Origin: a virus
DNA length: 64,000 nt
IMG/VR virus record: IMGVR_UViG_3300025118_000005
Coordinates: 15,503 to 79,502 of that record
Reading direction: 5' to 3' (one strand)
A model generated the notes under the pieces. That model had not been told where the DNA came from and made no database searches. It worked only from the letters and a program-made list of their open reading frames with translations. Shown in pieces: positions 1 through 8,699 of this stretch; within the stretch, counting starts at the first letter, position 1; every line of letters begins with the position of its first letter. Both the position numbers and the translations under genes were made by a program.

Positions 1-441
1 ATGAAGATGATTATGGACGATATAAAACTCACTTACATTCCCGACTCTCACGGCTTTATCAAAGTCTATATTTCCGCCAAGGACGGGGAAACAGTAGAGG
101 CATGGTTTAATGCCTTTTGGAATCACAACGCCACCAGCAATGAAGAAATCGAATGGATTTTTGATAATGAGGGCGCGTTTTGCTCGAATTGGAAAAGGTT
201 CACCAGTGCTATACAAGATATTTTCTTGTTTTCAATTCTAAACGAAAACGAGGACGCTTACAAGGGCGAAAAGGGCGGAGCAATGCCACGCGCAAAAGAA
301 TTGGCAAAAGCTAAAATTGACAGCATGGAGAAAAAAGACGGCTCCATGCGATACGGGCGAATCGGTCACGTTTATACGCTGGGCGAGGTTGTTACTAACG
401 ATGAAAAATCTTTCTTCTCTGGAAAATCCGCAGGAGAATAA
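1..441 (+). CDS. Hypothetical early protein
   Basis: 146-aa ORF starting ATGAAGATGATTATG like other early genes; no motif recognised. Confidence 0.6.
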   Translation: MKMIMDDIKLTYIPDSHGFIKVYISAKDGETVEAWFNAFWNHNATSNEEIEWIFDNEGAFCSNWKRFTSAIQDIFLFSILNENEDAYKGEKGGAMPRAKELAKAKIDSMEKKDGSMRYGRIGHVYTLGEVVTNDEKSFFSGKSAGE

Positions 442-443
442 AA

Positions 444-472
444 TTGACACAGGGGGAGAAATCCCCTATAAT
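444..472 (+). promoter_or_regulatory. sigma70-type promoter with GC hairpin in the spacer
   Basis: TTGACA(444)-17 nt-TATAAT(467); spacer GGGGGA-GAAA-TCCCCT; ATG at 481. Confidence 0.85.
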
Positions 473-480
473 TGGAGTTG

Positions 481-1242
481 ATGATGAAATTGAAATTCGG
501 AGAGCCAAACTCTAAACTTAAGAAATTGGCAAAGAAACTAAAACTGAAACTCAAGACGTTTTCCTTGCCTAGTGGCTGGACGTGTGGAGGTGCGAAAGAA
601 TGTTTTTCACGCGCAGACCGTGAGACTGGAAAAATCAAAGATGGAAAGCACACAAAATTTCGTTGCTTTCAAGCAAGCGCGGAAGCTGTTTACCCATCAC
701 TACGCAATGCCGTTTGGCACAACATGGATTTGATTGATGCGATTTTGAAAGATCACACAAAAGAATGTAAGTGGGAACCAATCGCGGATTTGATTTGCGA
801 AAGTCTACCCAAGGCTGACATTTACCGTGTCCACGTTGGCGGTGATTATTTTAATTATGATTACATGATTGCATGGTGTGAAGTTGCGAGGCGACACCCT
901 GACAGGATTTTTTACTCCTACACGAAGAGCCTTCACTTGTGGACGTTGTTTCCAAAATGCACAGATGGAACTCGCGCAGGAATCCCACCCAATTTAATTC
1001 TAACCGCATCGCGTGGTGGGCATTATGATAGTAAGATAGAAGAAAATGCTTTCAAGTGCGCGGAAGTTGTTTTTAGTGAGCAAGAGGCAATCGACAAAGG
1101 ATTGGAAATTGACCACGACGACGAACACGCAGCGTTTGGCAAATCATCTTTTGCGTTGTTGCTTCATGGTGTGCAACCGAAGGGCAGCGAAGCAAGCAAG
1201 GCGTTGTCAGCAATCAAACGACTAGCCAAGGTTACGGCGTGA
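481..1242 (+). CDS. Phage GP88-like protein (Cys-containing)
   Basis: FSLPSGWTC..AKEC, RCF.AS.E..YP, RVHVGGD, FYSYTKS motifs typical of the GP88 family; start moved to ATG 481 because of the promoter. Confidence 0.7.
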   Translation: MMKLKFGEPNSKLKKLAKKLKLKLKTFSLPSGWTCGGAKECFSRADRETGKIKDGKHTKFRCFQASAEAVYPSLRNAVWHNMDLIDAILKDHTKECKWEPIADLICESLPKADIYRVHVGGDYFNYDYMIAWCEVARRHPDRIFYSYTKSLHLWTLFPKCTDGTRAGIPPNLILTASRGGHYDSKIEENAFKCAEVVFSEQEAIDKGLEIDHDDEHAAFGKSSFALLLHGVQPKGSEASKALSAIKRLAKVTA

Positions 1243-1323
1243 TTATCATATTGGGATTTTTATGTATTATATTCTTTATCCACCTAGACAACTCAAACAA
1301 ACGAAGATAAATGAAAAAAAAGC

Positions 1324-1392
1324 TTGCACTGTATAAGGAAACAGGCTATACTTATTAAAGTGATGAGGGAAACCTTATCGGCTCTTTGAAAC
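1324..1392 (+). promoter_or_regulatory. sigma70 promoter followed by boxB-like hairpin and boxA-like antitermination motif
   Basis: TTGCAC(1324)-17-TATACT(1347); GATGAGG-GAAA-CCTTATC (1362-1379); GCTCTTTGAAAC (1381-1392). Confidence 0.7.
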
Positions 1393-1399
1393 AATTTAT

Positions 1400-1961
1400 G
1401 TTGCGGAAATTGGTGCGAAATCTCGTTTAGAGACTAGCAGTCTGGTAGCCGAAAGTGAATGCTCTGGGAAAACGTATCCATAACAAGGAGCAGGAGCGAA
1501 ACGATAGGTATCGGGCGGGGTTCGAATCCTCAACGCGACGACAATTTAGCATAGGTGACGGAACAAACGTCCGACAGAGGAAACGGCCTATGCGACAATT
1601 TAAGCTGACGACGGTCGGCTTAAGGGTATGGCTGAATATCCCTCCATCATAAGGGGAAAGGCATAGGGCCATGTGAGAGAGTGCAATCGTATGACTTGCA
1701 TGGTTCTAGTAAGCTGGAAACAAGAACTGTATTGTGCACTGGCTTTGTAGGTAATGCAGCAATCCTACTACCCATTAATTTTCGTGGTGCTGGATTACAG
1801 GCCATGATTAACAGACGCGCCTCAAACGGAAAGCAGGGAAGTATTCCACCTGTCGGCAAGAGAGGGAAGCCGTGGCGCGATAACTGAGAACTCACAATTT
1901 TTCCTGTGGTCGGTACAACCGTTAAAGAGATTGTAGGTACCAACGCCGAAGTCCGCCACGT
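1400..1961 (+). ncRNA. Array of four structured RNAs with tRNA-like ends
   Basis: Terminal stems 1400/1539, 1549/1593, 1624/1773, 1783/1960; GGTTCGAATCC T-loop at 1519-1529; AATTT linkers; no convincing ORF. Confidence 0.65.
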
Positions 1962-1978
1962 CACTTTTATATAAAGTG
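1962..1978 (+). terminator. Possible hairpin closing the ncRNA operon
   Basis: CACTTT-TATAT-AAAGTG; no U-tract. Confidence 0.3.
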
Positions 1979-2081
1979 GACGATATTATACTAGGCGGCG
2001 GGACCGGTCCCGAAATTGAGATTCAGTCTCATTACTTTTCTTCTTGACTCGGATACAGAAAAAGCTTATACTATAAAAACG

Positions 2082-2462
2082 ATGAGAGATTATCCTCTAA
2101 AGAGATACGCACTTTTAATCCTGATTGTTTCGAATACTGGTTGCCAGATGACTCAGAAAGTGTGGAGTGGCGTTAAACAATCTTTTGACCCCACAATTGC
2201 CCGTGGGGTTAATTCAATGTCTCCTCAGCAGCGTTATGAAAGTGATTATGAAGCAGGGCTGCCAGTTAGTCCAGAACAGTATGGGATAAATGAGCAAGCA
2301 TGGGATAACGAGCGGGTCTGGGGAAACATGCATAAAATTGGTGCTAGCAACTTTTACATGAGTAATGGTGGCAAAGCCGCATGGGAATTAAAAAGGGTAT
2401 ATGACCCGACAACCAGAAAATTCAGGAACTACAGAAACGAATTCGAATATTTAAATCGATAA
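2082..2462 (+). CDS. Putative lipoprotein/secreted protein
   Basis: Promoter TTGACT(2044)/TATACT(2067) puts the start at ATG 2082; hydrophobic stretch then NTGC. Confidence 0.55.
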   Translation: MRDYPLKRYALLILIVSNTGCQMTQKVWSGVKQSFDPTIARGVNSMSPQQRYESDYEAGLPVSPEQYGINEQAWDNERVWGNMHKIGASNFYMSNGGKAAWELKRVYDPTTRKFRNYRNEFEYLNR

Positions 2463-2518
2463 TTGATTAAAAAGAACTTGACTCGGAAGCGGAAACCGAG
2501 TAAGATAGAAACAGTTAG

Positions 2519-2971
2519 ATGATGATTATGAATAACCTACTATATAAAAACTACTGTGTCGGCGCAGAAATGCCTGACGGAACCATCCTGTTGTATGCTG
2601 GTAAGACCCGTAACCCTTTGTGGTATGGTGCGAATGCACGTGCCTGTGGAGGTTGGGCTGGTTACCCATCAGGATATTTTGACGAAATCCACGTTCATCA
2701 CAACTCGCCTAATGACAAGGCTCTTGAACAACGCCACATTAACACTGTCCGTGCTGTGGCTGCGCTCATGCCTGACGTTATTAAGTCGGGGAATATCAAC
2801 GATGATGGCTTTTATGGTTATCTCGGTGGTATTAGTCAACCTCTGTTCGATAAGATTGTAACATGGGTGCAAAGCACTCGTATTATGACCGAACGCCGAA
2901 TGGAGGCAAACAAGCGTAAGTTGGCTCGTAAGTTGAGCCAGTTGCGGAAACAACAACAGAAGGCTAACTAA
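2519..2971 (+). CDS. Hypothetical protein, possibly degenerate GIY-YIG fold
   Basis: Promoter TTGACT(2478)/TAAGAT(2501); YCV...LYAGKT...LEQRHI pattern is only suggestive. Confidence 0.45.
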   Translation: MMIMNNLLYKNYCVGAEMPDGTILLYAGKTRNPLWYGANARACGGWAGYPSGYFDEIHVHHNSPNDKALEQRHINTVRAVAALMPDVIKSGNINDDGFYGYLGGISQPLFDKIVTWVQSTRIMTERRMEANKRKLARKLSQLRKQQQKAN

Positions 2972-2983
2972 CAGTAGGGTCTT

Positions 2984-3007
2984 GGGGGAAGGGAAAACTT
3001 CCCCCTT
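2984..3007 (+). terminator. Hairpin terminator abutting next promoter
   Basis: GGGGGAAG-GGAAAA-CTTCCCCC then TTGACTTTTT. Confidence 0.7.
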
Positions 3008-3041
3008 GACTTTTTAACAGTTATATGTTATATTTAATACA

Positions 3042-3689
3042 ATGAAAGCCTACCACTACATCATCGGAGCAATTATTTTTATCCTTGTCACTTTGGCTGC
3101 GGCTAAAGATGTAAAAAAGCAAAGACAAGAATTAAGATTTCCTTTTCAAACTCAACCTGTTGAAGTAGACCAGACACTTCCCGAACAAGCACCGAAGCTA
3201 GACCCAAAAGAGTTAATGAGGAGAAAGCATCTCCGAATTATCGCTTGCACCTTGTTGGCAGAAGCGCGTGGAGAGGGTACGGATGGAATGTATGCTGTCG
3301 CCGCTGTCATATCACAACGAGCATTAAATCGTAAAATGCACCCAGTAGACGTTTGCTTACAAAGGAAACAATTTTCTTGCTGGAATAGCAAAAGCCTTGA
3401 TGCTTATAACAATCTTCTTGAATTAAAACCGTGGGGAGTATATGCCGTAAGAACAGCGAGGCTAGTCCTTGACGGTTACGAAAAGAATCAGTATTATCTT
3501 GCTCGTGAGGCATTTGGCTGGCCTGACCATTACCACGCTAAAGGAGTAAAGCCTTTTTGGACTAAAGGGCAACAGCCAGTGTGGATACTAAAGAATCATA
3601 TCTTTTACCGCTTAAACAAAAACGGAGTTCGTCATTATCCAGAAGGAACAGGCACACACTATAAACCAAAGCAATCGAAGTTCAAATAA
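3042..3689 (+). CDS. SleB/Hydrolase_2-family cell wall hydrolase with N-terminal membrane anchor
   Basis: TLLAEARGEG..GM.AVA.VI..R, QFSCWN, HYHA, HIFY motifs; hydrophobic N-terminus; promoter 3006-3034. Confidence 0.85.
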   Translation: MKAYHYIIGAIIFILVTLAAAKDVKKQRQELRFPFQTQPVEVDQTLPEQAPKLDPKELMRRKHLRIIACTLLAEARGEGTDGMYAVAAVISQRALNRKMHPVDVCLQRKQFSCWNSKSLDAYNNLLELKPWGVYAVRTARLVLDGYEKNQYYLAREAFGWPDHYHAKGVKPFWTKGQQPVWILKNHIFYRLNKNGVRHYPEGTGTHYKPKQSKFK

Positions 3690-3905
3690 AAAATAACTTC
3701 AAATAAAAAACAACTTCAAATATATTAAGAAGCCAAATAAAGAAGTTCGACCCGTCCCGCCGCCAAATATGGTTCGAAGAATATAACTGACAAATATGAC
3801 TCGAGAGATTTTTCTCGTGAGATTTTTCTCACGAGATTTTTTTTGAGATTTTTGAAAATGAGAATTTTTGAAGACGAAGATTTTTGAGATTTTCCCGATT
3901 TTTAC
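3678..3905. repeat. A/T-tract repeat array between convergent genes
   Basis: TTCAAATA x3 (3680-3722) then about eight (GA)GATTTTT units (3805-3903) either side of a GGGACGGGTC element. Confidence 0.8.
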
Positions 3906-4150
3906 CAATCGGGATATTCGTGGGCATCGTGCCATGCGTCATCCGCATACGTGCCATAGCCGTCATCCATGCTGCCGCCATCACCACAGCACCCACAGCA
4001 AGGCGCGTCCTCACAACGGGCATTCGCCTCGTCGTGATCTGCCTCAGTGGGCTCAGTGGGCTCATTCGCCCAATCGGCTGGCCCCATGTCCTCGGTGAAA
4101 GTTTCCTCGCAAGAAATGCGAGCGTCGTGGTTGTTGTTGTTATTCATCAT
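3902..4150 (-). CDS. Small acidic Cys/His-rich protein
   Basis: Minus-strand promoter TTGTAA-17-TACACT ends 6 nt before ATG 4150; RCEDAPCCGCC motif. Confidence 0.7.
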   Translation of the reverse strand: MMNNNNNHDARISCEETFTEDMGPADWANEPTEPTEADHDEANARCEDAPCCGCCGDGGSMDDGYGTYADDAWHDAHEYPDW

Positions 4151-4196
4151 TTTTAGAGTGTAGCTGATTTTTAAGATTGTTACAAGGAAAAGTTAT

Positions 4197-4451
4197 TCAC
4201 AGGTTACTACCCGCTAGGAAATCCTCCTCCACACAGCCCAACTGACTCCAGCCATCTTCATGCACCTCCTGCACACGCTCACGGAAACGCTTCTCATCAA
4301 AGCGAGGGTGCGTATCCCTCAAACGGATACAGGTATCCGTAAGGACTGATTCACGGGATTCGTTGTCTTCGATCTCGCCCAAAGTGCAGGCGATGAATTC
4401 AAAGTGGCGGCGGGTGAGGTTGAGGCTCGTGATTTGTTGTTTGTTTAACAT
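4197..4451 (-). CDS. Small phage protein (T.KHF..IA / PRFD..RF type), paralog of 10614-10868
   Basis: LTRRHFEFIA...HPRFDEKRF; minus promoter TTGACA(4486)/TACATT supports ATG 4451. Confidence 0.75.
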   Translation of the reverse strand: MLNKQQITSLNLTRRHFEFIACTLGEIEDNESRESVLTDTCIRLRDTHPRFDEKRFRERVQEVHEDGWSQLGCVEEDFLAGSNL

Positions 4452-4692
4452 GCTATAAATGTAACACAGAAACACCCATTTGTCAACCCACTATTTAAGA
4501 AAGTTATTCACATTTAGAATGATTCTGAGACTCATTCTCAATTTGACCCGTCCCGTCCCGATTCTGAGATTCAGTCTCAATTCGACCCGTCCCGCGCCGA
4601 GTTATTCACAGGCTGTTGATAACTTTTTGAAAAAACCGCTTGACTTTTTGTCATTTATGGGTTATATTATAACAACGAAAGCGAGAAAGATT

Positions 4693-4842
4693 ATGGTGAT
4701 GCTTGTGGCGAGAGCCTACAGACGGTCTAACCGTTGGAGCATTAAAACAGGGAGCGAGAAAGTCGCCCCACTCACCATTCATAGTTTACAGGATATGGCG
4801 GTATTCAGTCCGCGTAACGGGTATTGGATCCCACCACCCTTG
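4693..4842 (+). ncRNA. Putative structured ncRNA (multi-stem junction plus long hairpin)
   Basis: Promoter 4640-4668; ATGGTGA/TCACCAT closing stem, three inner hairpins, two with GNRA-type loops. Confidence 0.5.
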
Positions 4843-4932
4843 CAGACTGTGAATAACTTTTTGAAAAAACCGCTTGACTTTGTGTCATTTATGTGCTATA
4901 TTATACGTATAGAGAGTAAGAAAAACAAGATT

Positions 4933-5208
4933 ATGACAGAGATAGAACTAAAAAAACAAGAGGCGAAACTTCTCCTCAATCAGCAAGTGAAGATTCGCGC
5001 TCCTTGGAACGCCAACCTTCGCGGCCAAATCGCAACCGTCAAGGCCATCATGGCAGACGGTCAAACTCTTGACGTTGAGCTTGCTAATGGTAAGCACGCC
5101 TTTCTTGACGTGACTTTCGTGGATGAGATTCAAGAGCGGACACAGTTCGCCAAGACCGAGCAAAGCCTCGGCCCAATCGCCAACAGCGTTGTGCAAGACG
5201 GAATTTAG
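4933..5208 (+). CDS. Small SH3/KOW-like hypothetical protein
   Basis: Promoter 4874-4902, AAGATTATG start; QVKI...GQIATV...LDVEL pattern. Confidence 0.6.
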   Translation: MTEIELKKQEAKLLLNQQVKIRAPWNANLRGQIATVKAIMADGQTLDVELANGKHAFLDVTFVDEIQERTQFAKTEQSLGPIANSVVQDGI

Positions 5209-5211
5209 ATT

Positions 5212-5370
5212 ATGACAATAGAAAACAAAACACTAAAAGTAGGCGATGAAATTCGCTTTGGTATGCAACTAATGATAGTTGATGAGATTACAGAATTTGA
5301 CACCATCATTGCAATTGATGAAGATGGTCAAGATTTTGAACTAACAGAGAATGAAATTGACATTTATTAA
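5212..5370 (+). CDS. 52-aa acidic protein (not in ORF track)
   Basis: GATTATG start; MTIENKTLKVGDEIRF...EIDIY; packed between neighbours. Confidence 0.6.
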   Translation: MTIENKTLKVGDEIRFGMQLMIVDEITEFDTIIAIDEDGQDFELTENEIDIY

Positions 5371-5373
5371 ATT

Positions 5374-5613
5374 ATGAAAATGAAAAGACAACTAATTTTT
5401 AAGAGTGGAAAGCCTCAAAACGTAGTGCAGACCACGCGCAAACAAAATCTTGCTGCGGCGAAGTCCTGCGAGACATACAACGAAGCGGTGAGCCTATTCA
5501 GGGCGTTGCAACACGCCAACAACATGGGAACGGGTGAAAGTGATTTTGATATTCTTGAAACTCATTTTATTAATGAGAAAGGATTGACCAATTATATTAA
5601 GGAGGGATTATAA
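5374..5613 (+). CDS. Hypothetical protein
   Basis: Tightly packed in early operon. Confidence 0.6.
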   Translation: MKMKRQLIFKSGKPQNVVQTTRKQNLAAAKSCETYNEAVSLFRALQHANNMGTGESDFDILETHFINEKGLTNYIKEGL

Positions 5614-5617
5614 GATT

Positions 5618-5791
5618 ATGAAAAAAAACACAACGGAGCAAACTATCGCAGAAATTAAGGCAGACATCAAACGCACAGAAAAACATACTTGGTATTGTGA
5701 GCTAATCATTGCCGCCTGTGTTGGCGCGTCTATTGCTTTCGCTTTCGTTATTGCCCATTTAATGATAACAGGCCCAGCGTGGACATGGTGA
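5618..5791 (+). CDS. 57-aa membrane protein (not in ORF track)
   Basis: AAGATTATG start; C-terminal hydrophobic helix LIIAACVGASIAFAFVIAHLMI. Confidence 0.55.
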   Translation: MKKNTTEQTIAEIKADIKRTEKHTWYCELIIAACVGASIAFAFVIAHLMITGPAWTW

Positions 5792-5993
5792 GCCGATAAA
5801 AAAGTTAAAAAAAAGCTTGACACCGGCGGGACCGGTCCCTGAGACTCAGTCTCATTAGAGGTAGGACAATACCTGTCCCACCGTTAAAACTATTTTTCAG
5901 ACCCTCATTTGACCCCACAAAAACAGGGTTATTCTGACCGATTTATTTTCGCCCAGCCATTGACTTTTTGTCATTTATGGATTATATTTAGGT

Positions 5994-6245
5994 ATGTTAA
6001 AGATGACAGAGAAACAAAAAGCCACTTATGAACTTTGGTTCTTGGGTGATGTCTACGAGTCTGGTGTTAAGACTCGCGAAACCTTCAACAGGTTTTTAGT
6101 TGAGGCTGGATCTCTCTTGCGTATCGCCATAGACGAGAAAATTCTCGTTGGTGGTGTTGAGATTGTAGAAGTCAGCCCTGACGGTAGGGTAGTTGATTCG
6201 GTTTGGTCAATGAATGTTGACGAATTTGAGAAAGTTAATGGGTAG
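5994..6245 (+). CDS. Hypothetical protein
   Basis: Leaderless after promoter TTGACT(5960)/TATATT(5983). Confidence 0.65.
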   Translation: MLKMTEKQKATYELWFLGDVYESGVKTRETFNRFLVEAGSLLRIAIDEKILVGGVEIVEVSPDGRVVDSVWSMNVDEFEKVNG

Positions 6246-6283
6246 GACTACGGATGTCCCACCCTCTATGGTATACTAGACGC

Positions 6284-6523
6284 ATGAAGAATATGAAAAA
6301 CAAAACTAAAACCTACAACGTAGAGTTTACGACAGCATTCGCTGGCTCTCGTTATATTAACATTGTCCTAGAGGCGATTGACTCTCACCAAGCTGAATGG
6401 GTTGCTCGCAACCTTTGCCGCTTTGGTTACATTAGCAACACCACCGAAACCGATGAGGTTGCTGCTTACACTGAAGCAACTCACGATTGGGCTTATGATG
6501 AAGATTACGAAGTTTACTCCTAA
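6284..6523 (+). CDS. Hypothetical protein
   Basis: Follows extended -10 TGGTATACT; start trimmed relative to track. Confidence 0.6.
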   Translation: MKNMKNKTKTYNVEFTTAFAGSRYINIVLEAIDSHQAEWVARNLCRFGYISNTTETDEVAAYTEATHDWAYDEDYEVYS

Positions 6524-6530
6524 AAAGATT

Positions 6531-6686
6531 ATGAAGAAAACAAAAAGACAACTGATTGAGGAATTACCATCCTCAAACCTACGCAAAGAACACGAAAAAG
6601 AAATTCTCATTCACGGGATTTTTATGGGTGTTTTAATTGGTAGCCTATTCACGGGAATTATGATTCACCTTTTGGAAAAGCTTTAA
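6531..6686 (+). CDS. Small membrane protein
   Basis: AAGATTATG start at 6531; C-terminal TM helix. Confidence 0.55.
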   Translation: MKKTKRQLIEELPSSNLRKEHEKEILIHGIFMGVLIGSLFTGIMIHLLEKL

Positions 6687-6690
6687 GATT

Positions 6691-6996
6691 ATGAAAGAAA
6701 AACAACACTACTATACAGAACTCCGCGCAAAGGGGTTTAAGTACACCAACAAGTTCAGCGGATTTGATTCTGCTTGCGCTCACTTCTCAACAGAGTTCGA
6801 GCCTTATACTCTCGGCTGGGTAACTGCACAGGTTGAAGCCATCGATAAAATCGGTGGACAACAAACCTCTCACGGTTGGGTTGACTATACCGTTGGCAAA
6901 ACATTTGCCCAAACGGGTCACAAAGAAGTAACCGCTTCTTGCCCTTCATACTTTGAGGGGCACCGTAGCCAACCAGTATTTGAGGAGGTAAAGTAA
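6691..6996 (+). CDS. Hypothetical protein
   Basis: AAGATTATG start; operon packing. Confidence 0.6.
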   Translation: MKEKQHYYTELRAKGFKYTNKFSGFDSACAHFSTEFEPYTLGWVTAQVEAIDKIGGQQTSHGWVDYTVGKTFAQTGHKEVTASCPSYFEGHRSQPVFEEVK

Positions 6997-6999
6997 TTT

Positions 7000-7284
7000 A
7001 TGAAAACACAAACAAGAAACATTATTAACGCGAACAACGAAGATTCAAGCGAACCTTTTGCAGTCGCACAGCACATCATCCTAAAAAACTTTTGGGAGTA
7101 TTACCTAGAGCAAGCAGATGAAAACGGCATTGCCTTTGGTTTTGTTATGGGTGCAGAAAATGAATGGGGAAGCGTGGATCTCAACGAGATTAAACCTTAC
7201 GTGTTGAGCGTTGCAGGATACGGCAGCACCGAATCACTTAATGACGTCATGCCTCCAGCGGGCTATCGCTGGGAAGACGAGTAA
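7000..7284 (+). CDS. DUF2958-like protein
   Basis: WEYY.......AFGFVMG.E.EWGSV.L.EI pattern. Confidence 0.6.
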   Translation: MKTQTRNIINANNEDSSEPFAVAQHIILKNFWEYYLEQADENGIAFGFVMGAENEWGSVDLNEIKPYVLSVAGYGSTESLNDVMPPAGYRWEDE

Positions 7285-7483
7285 GATTATAAACTAAACA
7301 AAGTAAAAGAAAGAAAACCAAATTGGAAAACATAACACTAAACGAAAACGGAGATGCCGCCATTGTAGACGGCAAAGAATACCCAGTGCATGGCTTTGAC
7401 TATGCTGGATCAGAGGCAATCACAATCCCCGCATTGGATTTGATCTCTTACGACGATGGCGACACATGGGGAGACTTGGAATA

Positions 7484-7696
7484 ATGATTAAACATAAGAA
7501 AACACCACTATCAAAGAAGCTCAAGCCTCAGTATGCGTGCCACTATGAAGAAGATGGCACCAAGGTAGAGACTTGGGTCAAGAAAGATTACAACGGCATT
7601 GTAATTGCTCGTGTGCGTCAAGTGACTAACATCTTTGGCGAGATGTTACCCAAGGAAACTGTCGAGAGTCTTCCAGACCACCGATGGGTACTCTAA
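7484..7696 (+). CDS. Hypothetical protein
   Basis: End of early operon; start uncertain (7466 or 7484). Confidence 0.5.
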   Translation: MIKHKKTPLSKKLKPQYACHYEEDGTKVETWVKKDYNGIVIARVRQVTNIFGEMLPKETVESLPDHRWVL

Positions 7697-7859
7697 TTTG
7701 CGTTTGCAAGCATAGATTAGATTCGGCGATAAGTTTATAAAAAGACTTGACTTCTATAGGCGGCGGGACCGGTCCCGAGCGCCATATTGACACACGAAAA
7801 ACGCTATTTGTGCCACATTGTCTCTTGACTTTGTGTCTTTTATGTGGTATATTATAACA

Positions 7860-7958
7860 ATGAACAACGACATGAGAAGTTTTGAGATTTGGATTCTTAT
7901 CAGCATAGTGCTGTTTATCGGTACGCTTGCTTTCGGTTTTTACATCGAGAGCATTTAG
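7860..7958 (+). CDS. 32-aa single-TM peptide (not in ORF track)
   Basis: Dedicated promoter TTGACT(7825)/TATATT(7848), leaderless ATG; IWILISIVLFIGTLAFGFYI. Confidence 0.55.
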   Translation: MNNDMRSFEIWILISIVLFIGTLAFGFYIESI

Positions 7959-8021
7959 ATTGTGAATAACTTTTTGAGAATATCGCTTGACTTTTTGTCA
8001 TAAATGGAGTATATTATAACA

Positions 8022-8471
8022 ATGAAAGAGATGAACAAGAAAACCTTAAAACCCTTATTCGACCTAGATGGCACGCTCATCAAGGAAGACAGAGACTCTG
8101 ACAGGTTATTTGATTTCTTTCGCCCTCACGCGATTCTCGCACTGACAGAAGATGATTTGACTCCTCTCGGCATATTGGTCAGAGACTCTGGAAAAGAATT
8201 TGACATCCTCACCGCAAGAGGTCATCAAAACGCGGAATTTGTTAGAATCGCTTTAAGTGCTCTCGGATTCAACGTAGGCAGAATTGTTACCGTTGGAATC
8301 GACATTAACGAAGCTTCCGACTTGGATAACATCAGCAGCAAGAGAGTGGCTGAAAAGAAAATCAGAATTGCCAAATTCGTTCAACGTAAGCTAGTTGACA
8401 ACGACGAAAGAAACTTACGAGGATTAGGTGAGTTAGGTGAGTTAGTAAGTGAGACACAAACAGAATTTTAA
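8022..8471 (+). CDS. HAD-superfamily phosphatase-like protein
   Basis: FDLDGTL motif I, LTARG motif II, K...VDND motifs III/IV; promoter 7987-8015. Confidence 0.75.
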   Translation: MKEMNKKTLKPLFDLDGTLIKEDRDSDRLFDFFRPHAILALTEDDLTPLGILVRDSGKEFDILTARGHQNAEFVRIALSALGFNVGRIVTVGIDINEASDLDNISSKRVAEKKIRIAKFVQRKLVDNDERNLRGLGELGELVSETQTEF

Positions 8472-8510
8472 TCTTGACAAAGAAACAGAAAACCCGTATA
8501 CTATAAAAAG

Positions 8511-8699
8511 ATGATGAAGAAAAACAAACTACCTATCGTTGGAAAAATTCAAGACATCAACGACGAATTCAACAAAGCATTTCGCGATGAAGTGATGATG
8601 CCAATGGTCACGTTCGCCGTGACGCTCATGGTGTTCGCCGTGATGCTTGATTATTCGTTTCAACTCGTTGAAGCGATTGACATTATCCTAACCAACTAA
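8511..8699 (+). CDS. Small membrane protein
   Basis: Promoter TTGACA(8474)/TATACT(8497); TM helix. Confidence 0.6.
   Translation: MMKKNKLPIVGKIQDINDEFNKAFRDEVMMPMVTFAVTLMVFAVMLDYSFQLVEAIDIILTN

Noticed and set aside
1500-1545. Canonical tRNA or tmRNA
   Set aside because: T-arm present but no D/anticodon arms at proper spacing, no alanine-type acceptor and no tag ORF recognised.
3780-3915. CRISPR array
   Set aside because: Units are 9-14 nt without unique spacers; no cas genes in the window.
4480-4932. N-terminal part of the 242-aa ORF (also the extensions at 2016, 6378, 9888, 10395)
   Set aside because: These run through promoters and repeat motifs; starts are better placed downstream.
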